This document shows positions 15,501 through 18,519 of a stretch of 18,519 nucleotides of DNA, one piece after another. The DNA comes from SAR202 cluster bacterium (GTDB taxonomy: Bacteria > Chloroflexota > Dehalococcoidia > Lucifugimonadales > UBA1123). A model generated the notes under the pieces. It ran no database searches and had not been told where the DNA came from. It saw only the letters and a program-made list of their open reading frames with translations. The first letter of the stretch is position 1, and each line of letters begins with the position of its first letter. The position numbers were made by a program, and so were the translations under genes. The stretch is taken from NCBI GenBank assembly GCA_030743915.1, contig JASLRP010000520.1:1-18519 (forward strand). Reading direction: 5' to 3'.

Positions 15501-16037
15501 ATCTATTGTCACATTCCCATCTGGAGAGTTGAGTTGCGCTGCATTACCCGGTGTGACCTCCACGTATGGCACTGCAATAGGATCAGTTGGGTCGTCATCC
15601 GGAGGAAGAATGTCGAAGGCTACGAGCACTGCAACAACGACTCCGGCTATTGTGGCAACCGCAGCAACCACTTGCAGTAGCCTATACCATCCAGGACGAT
15701 GCCCACGCTCTTGAATGGGAACATCCAACACCTGACGATGGGCCACCATGCCCTCTTTTTCGACGAAAAACTGTTCTCGGCCTGACGTTCCCCGATAGTT
15801 CCCCTGCGGCCTGAACGCAAGCGTGATTTCGTAGTATTCCTCGGTCTCGTTATCTTGGACCGTCTCGAAAGCCATACGGACGCCTGAGAACTCACGACCG
15901 TAATCGCCAGGCGTTTCGGCTGCAGTTTGCATGGCGATGACGCGGGCCTGATCCAGCCCGATGTAGCCTATCGACTCACCCTCGTCGGTGAATTCGAAAG
16001 AATCGTCTTTGGTCTCGTCAGTATCGTCGCGTTCCAT
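12600..16037 (-). CDS. Large N-terminally membrane-anchored (type II) surface protein (1145 aa): ~120-aa acidic cytoplasmic domain, one TM helix, PT-rich linker, CARDB-like domain, PT-rich linker, three tandem FN3-like repeats, and a C-terminal TolB-like PD40 beta-propeller
   Basis: TM region '...QERGHRPGWYRLLQVVAAVATIAGVVVAVLVAFDILPPDDDP' has basic residues before it and acidic residues after it. CARDB-like segment: 'FVHWAVKNESHQ...ISLDGEVI...GPHTIELIVDVGNRIAESNETDN'. The FN3 unit 'ATNFLGVSTS.SINLTWTDNATNEDGYK.ERA.G.SG.FS......TTTYTD..L..STQYCY.LVAFNDGGTS' occurs three times. PD40 repeats: 'SPDGSKVAF.SDRDGN.EIYVMN.DGS....LT'. No strong SD sequence precedes ATG 16035-16037, so the exact start is uncertain. 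Confidence 0.85.
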   Translation of the reverse strand: MERDDTDETKDDSFEFTDEGESIGYIGLDQARVIAMQTAAETPGDYGREFSGVRMAFETVQDNETEEYYEITLAFRPQGNYRGTSGREQFFVEKEGMVAHRQVLDVPIQERGHRPGWYRLLQVVAAVATIAGVVVAVLVAFDILPPDDDPTDPIAVPYVEVTPGNAAQLNSPDGNVTIDVPVGSTGEPITLWYRPVEPQNYANFLSGFSILGKAFDLQVVSAQQPEGGNYEFERNITVTITLNEAGIRNSGSYTANLVIQHFETDTQKWVALKTSVGPDNKTASALVGSLSVFALTSRNEATPTPTPTATLSPTPIEAATFTLTPTALVTPSVTPTLTTTPTITSTVTPTRTVTVTPTVTATLTTTPTVTPTVTQTPTVTPTLAPIITNTPSPTPSPTATLRPGETPSVTPTPAPINLIPFKPDRWDAALVVSDRPSSFQDTPPPGGSQFVFGSQIFVHWAVKNESHQAITQPFLVGISLDGEVIVTFPVNSLDSNGIASMINEEISIISAGPHTIELIVDVGNRIAESNETDNIFVASPRLVTTTPTPTLTPTLTPTVMPTPTTIPVGTTVVPTDTPTPTITLTPTHTPIPTPSAATNFLGVSTSDSINLTWTDNATNEDGYKIERAVGQSGSFSLITTTALSADTTTYTDTGLNESTQYCYKLVAFNDGGTSEVNTCPTTEPGPTPTHTPIPTPAAATNFLGVSTSNSINLTWTDNATNEDGYKLERATGQSGTFSQIKALSVNTTTYTDSSLEPSTQYCYKLVAFNDGGTSEVSTCPTTEPASTPTPTPIPIPAAATNFLGVSTSDSINLTWTDNATNEDGYKLERAIGTSGTFSQTKALPANTTTYTDAGLNASTQYCYRLVAFNDGGTSQTSTCPTTESAPASKIAFQSIRTSNHEIFTMSPDGSSVVNVTNLIASNTQPDWCWSSQKIVYSSTVPGTGLYTINADSSDKTLLVASSVGADHAAWSPDCSKVAFTRNNEIYVINADGSGETNLTNNSSVDSVPSWSPDGAKIAYLSNRGIPDGQIWIMNADGSNPTRITFSSRIDDEPVFSPDGSKVAFKSDRDGNEEIYVMNVDGSAQMNLTNHSGRDSSPDWSPDGTMITFWTDRDGNREIYVMNADGSEQQNISNNPAHDMFPDWGG
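13400..14290 (-). repeat. 3 x ~303-bp tandem repeats (FN3-like domains) inside the 1145-aa gene
   Basis: Plus-strand units begin near 13436, 13738 and 14041 (CCAA(C/T)(C/T)TGTAACAGTACTG... / CCAATTTATAGCAATACTG...). Nucleotide identity between units is about 80-85%. Confidence 0.8.
14800..15140 (-). repeat. Low-complexity coding repeat encoding a ~115-aa (T-P-T-V/L)n linker; a shorter one lies at ~14280-14440
   Basis: On the + strand the sequence is a monotonous GGTGT(C/G)GG(A/C)GT series, and the protein reads 'TPTPTPTATLSPTP...TVTPTVTATLTTTPTVTPTVTQTPTVTPT'. Confidence 0.8.
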
Positions 16038-16180
16038 TGCTGCAAGTCCATGTTTCTTGAATTTTGATTGCGTTCATCAATTGTCAAATCAATCGCGACG
16101 AGGTCTTTTCTTACGGTTGATTCGCTTTAATGCGTATATTTATGGTATCCCCTAGTGTATGTGATGTTTCCACTCTATCG

Positions 16181-16197
16181 TTGCACACGGCGTGCAA
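16181..16197. promoter_or_regulatory. Operator-like inverted repeat TTGCAC-N5-GTGCAA in the 243-bp divergent intergenic region
   Basis: The palindromic half-sites were read directly. They lie 84 nt upstream of the SPFH gene's ATG and 144 nt upstream of the 1145-aa gene's ATG. Confidence 0.3.
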
Positions 16198-16280
16198 ATT
16201 CTCAAACTCCGTAATACACTTGAAAAAGACGCCCGGTTTGCCAGTCGGCGTCCAACAATTGGAGCCAGGAGATTCGAGCC

Positions 16281-18155
16281 ATGAGTATTTGCCCGTCTTG
16301 TCAGCAAGACACGCAGGACGATTGGAAGTTCTGCCGACGCTGCGGTCATCAGCTCCAGGAAATTCAAATGAGCAGTGACGAGTTTGTGCCTTCAGGGATC
16401 GTCGCTCGGCTGATTTCGCCTTCGGACATGGAAGGCCTGCTGAACAAGACTCTGGTGATTCAGGAAGGCCAGGCCGCAATGCTGATGGTCGATGGTCGGT
16501 TCGACACGACGCTTGGGCCGGGCCGGCATTCCATCGGCAACGTTCTGAGGTCCAAACCTCGGAACTCTACAGTCGCCCTGTACCGGACCTCCGACGTTCC
16601 GCTCCACCTGTCCATCCCTCGACTGCTGACCTCCGATCCTCTGCCCCTTTCCCTGGCTCTCCAGGTGACGCTGGCCCTGGAACGCCCGGAGCTTTTCTGG
16701 AGCAATCTGGCCCAGGGCCTGGAGACTTACGACGCAGATCGGCTCACCTCGACTGTATATCCCGTCATAGAAGAGGCGTGCCAGACCTACATCCAGGGCC
16801 GGTCCCTGCGGGAGTTGGACTCCGACACCCGGTTGGGAGACAACCTCAACCTGGCGATGGCCTCCGGCGCTCAGCCTGCCTTCTCTCACTGGGGGCTTCG
16901 GCTGGTTTCGGTTCGGGCCGTGGATATGGCCAGCGAGATTTGGGACGAGGTCAGCGATCAGCGCGTCCAGTACTCCGTGGGGATGCTGGAGCGTGAGGTC
17001 GAGCTTGAAGGCCGCAAGCGGCTGTTCGACGTGGCGATGGAAACGGACATTCAGGACCTTGCCGAGGAAACGGCGCGAGTCGCGGGAGTCGAGAAAAGGC
17101 TCGGTCTCTGGGAACGAATGCGACAGGCAGTTCTGACCAAAAAGCGGGGCGAGATCGCCTCCCAGGCAGAAATCGAAGATCTGGTGCGCGACGCCGACAG
17201 GGACCGCCTGCTCAAAGACACCGAACAGCAAGACCTGGTGCGCACGATTCAGGAGGCGAAGGACGACCACGAAAAATCACGAGAGTTCGCGCTTCGGCGC
17301 ATCGACGCCGAGCAGAACTTCGAATATGAAAAGCTGAGCATCGTCCATCGCAACGGATTGGAACAGGAACGCATCGCCCTGGAAGCCGCCAACGCCCGAC
17401 AGCAGATGGAGTCTCGCTGGTACATCGAGCTTCGAGAGCTGGACTGGCAGATTGAGCGCGACCGCCGAGCCGCCGACTTTCGCCGACAGCAGGAGGCCGA
17501 GGACCAGGACGCTCGAAACCAGGCACGACTCGGGCAGGCGCAGACCTCCTCAAGCATTGCCGATATTGAGCGCGGAGATGATCAGAAAGACCTGGAGATG
17601 CTTCTCCAGATCGACGCTCAACGCAGGCAGATAAAACGCGACGATCAGCAGGCCCAGCATATGGCCGAACTCGACGCCGACGACCGCCGCCAACAGATCG
17701 CCCTTGAAGGCGAGCGCCAGCGTCTGGACATGCGCATCCGAGAGGAACGCGAAAAGAGCGACGCCGAGCTTCGAAGAATCGACGCCCTGTCATCCGCCAG
17801 TATCGAAACTCTTATTGCCGTTTCAGGCACAGAACAGGCTCAGATGCTAGCCCAGCTAGCTCGCACAAGGGCGCTGGCCGGGCATTCCACCGAGCAGATC
17901 CTGGCCATGCAGGCCGCCGACAGCCCGGAGGTCGCCGGAGCCCTCAAAGAGATGCTCACCGCCGTCGCCGCCCAGGGCCAGCTTGAGCAGTACGAGCGGC
18001 TGGTGTCCGAGGTCAAGGAAAACGCCGAACTCAATCGAGAGGACTACCAGAGAAACATGCAAACTATGAGCGAGATGTTCAACACAGCTTTGGATTCTGT
18101 TAGGGACACCGCCACAGCCTTCGCTGGCAGCGGGGGCGGCGTTGTTCAGTCGTAG
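16281..18155 (+). CDS. Zinc-ribbon + SPFH (band-7/flotillin-like) domain + long Glu/Arg/Gln-rich coiled-coil protein (624 aa); no transmembrane segment
   Basis: AGGAG lies 9 nt before the ATG. 'CPSC-x14-CRRCGH' is a C4 zinc ribbon. 'TLVIQEGQAAMLMVDGRF.TTLGPGRHSIGN' matches the SPFH start (V.EG..AV...G......PG.H). A ~350-aa heptad-like, charged segment ('RIDAEQNFEYEKL...RQQEAEDQDARNQARLGQAQ...') follows. Confidence 0.8.
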   Translation: MSICPSCQQDTQDDWKFCRRCGHQLQEIQMSSDEFVPSGIVARLISPSDMEGLLNKTLVIQEGQAAMLMVDGRFDTTLGPGRHSIGNVLRSKPRNSTVALYRTSDVPLHLSIPRLLTSDPLPLSLALQVTLALERPELFWSNLAQGLETYDADRLTSTVYPVIEEACQTYIQGRSLRELDSDTRLGDNLNLAMASGAQPAFSHWGLRLVSVRAVDMASEIWDEVSDQRVQYSVGMLEREVELEGRKRLFDVAMETDIQDLAEETARVAGVEKRLGLWERMRQAVLTKKRGEIASQAEIEDLVRDADRDRLLKDTEQQDLVRTIQEAKDDHEKSREFALRRIDAEQNFEYEKLSIVHRNGLEQERIALEAANARQQMESRWYIELRELDWQIERDRRAADFRRQQEAEDQDARNQARLGQAQTSSSIADIERGDDQKDLEMLLQIDAQRRQIKRDDQQAQHMAELDADDRRQQIALEGERQRLDMRIREEREKSDAELRRIDALSSASIETLIAVSGTEQAQMLAQLARTRALAGHSTEQILAMQAADSPEVAGALKEMLTAVAAQGQLEQYERLVSEVKENAELNREDYQRNMQTMSEMFNTALDSVRDTATAFAGSGGGVVQS

Positions 18156-18356
18156 CCCCTCTGGTACGATGGTTTGAAATCCAGGGTGGTGTTTAGGTAG
18201 GAATTTAGACTACGTCTGGGCTTTCCCCCACGCTATCTTCACCATTTCAGACAATTCTCTTGACCGCCTGAAAGTTCAAAACAAGGATTACTTATCCTCT
18301 AAGCAGTCAACCAGTAACCTCACTTCGCATCGCTCACCCTTATAGGAGGTGAAAGC

Positions 18357-18519
18357 ATGGCCACTCAATCCAGCGCCGCTCTCGGTGACAACTCCGGGAT
18401 AGACAGCGACCTTCTGCTGGCCCAAAGCACACGGGTGCCAGACCTGCCCGGGGCGTTCAAGAAGAAGGCCGTGATCAACCCGGAAGAGACCGGGATGATA
18501 ACGTCCAACGGCTCGGTGT
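18357..18519 (+). CDS. 5' part (54 codons) of an unidentified protein; continues beyond the window
   Basis: AGGAGG at 18344-18349 sits 7 nt before ATG 18357. The open frame 'MATQSSAALGDNSGIDSDLLLAQSTRVPDLPGAFKKKAVINPEETGMITSNGSV' runs to the window edge. It is absent from the ORF track only because it is under 60 aa in-window. Confidence 0.45.
   Translation, partial: MATQSSAALGDNSGIDSDLLLAQSTRVPDLPGAFKKKAVINPEETGMITSNGSV

Noticed and set aside
16392-17793. 292-aa and 193-aa minus-strand ORFs within the SPFH/coiled-coil gene
   Set aside because: They are Arg/Gly/Pro-rich antisense frames of a GC-rich, Glu/Arg codon-rich coiled-coil region, with no start context.
1-18519. Transposase, integrase or tRNA gene marking a mobile element
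   Set aside because: No ORF shows DDE/HTH transposase or tyrosine-recombinase motifs, and no tRNA-like cloverleaf was recognised. The island hypothesis therefore rests only on the 41-bp direct repeats and is rated accordingly.

Overview
The window is high-GC DNA with bacterial-style signals: GGAGG ribosome-binding sites, TTGACA-type sigma-70 promoters and hairpin-plus-T terminators. It looks monoderm-like, possibly Chloroflexota, but the taxon is not established. Gene order: the 3' end of a luciferase-like (LLM/F420-type) oxidoreductase (+); malate synthase (-); an unusually long (~1.1 kb) AT-rich non-coding region with divergent promoters; a 2066-aa secreted giant surface protein (+); an ornithine cyclodeaminase/mu-crystallin-family enzyme (+); a trio of terminator hairpins; a 358-aa protein with an archaellin-like class-III (type IV pilin-like) signal peptide (-); a 1145-aa N-terminally membrane-anchored surface protein (-); a zinc-ribbon/SPFH/coiled-coil (flotillin-like) protein (+); and the first 54 codons of an unidentified gene (+). 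The giant surface protein is built from bacterial Ig-like, jellyroll and PKD modules, with a ~1.45 kb internal tandem duplication that is near-identical at the nucleotide level, and ends in a Gly/Ser-microsatellite polybasic tail. The 1145-aa protein carries a CARDB domain, three FN3 repeats and a PD40 beta-propeller. The features most worth a second look are: (i) a bacterial archaellin-like pilin flanked by two very large adhesin-like proteins, which may form a cell-surface/adhesion module; (ii) a 41-bp imperfect direct repeat sitting just after the stop codons of two unrelated + genes and bracketing a 10.3 kb segment; (iii) mosaic, recently homogenised intragenic repeats; and (iv) an SPFH protein in which a zinc ribbon replaces the usual membrane anchor. 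All annotations rest on motif recognition by eye; no database searches were run.
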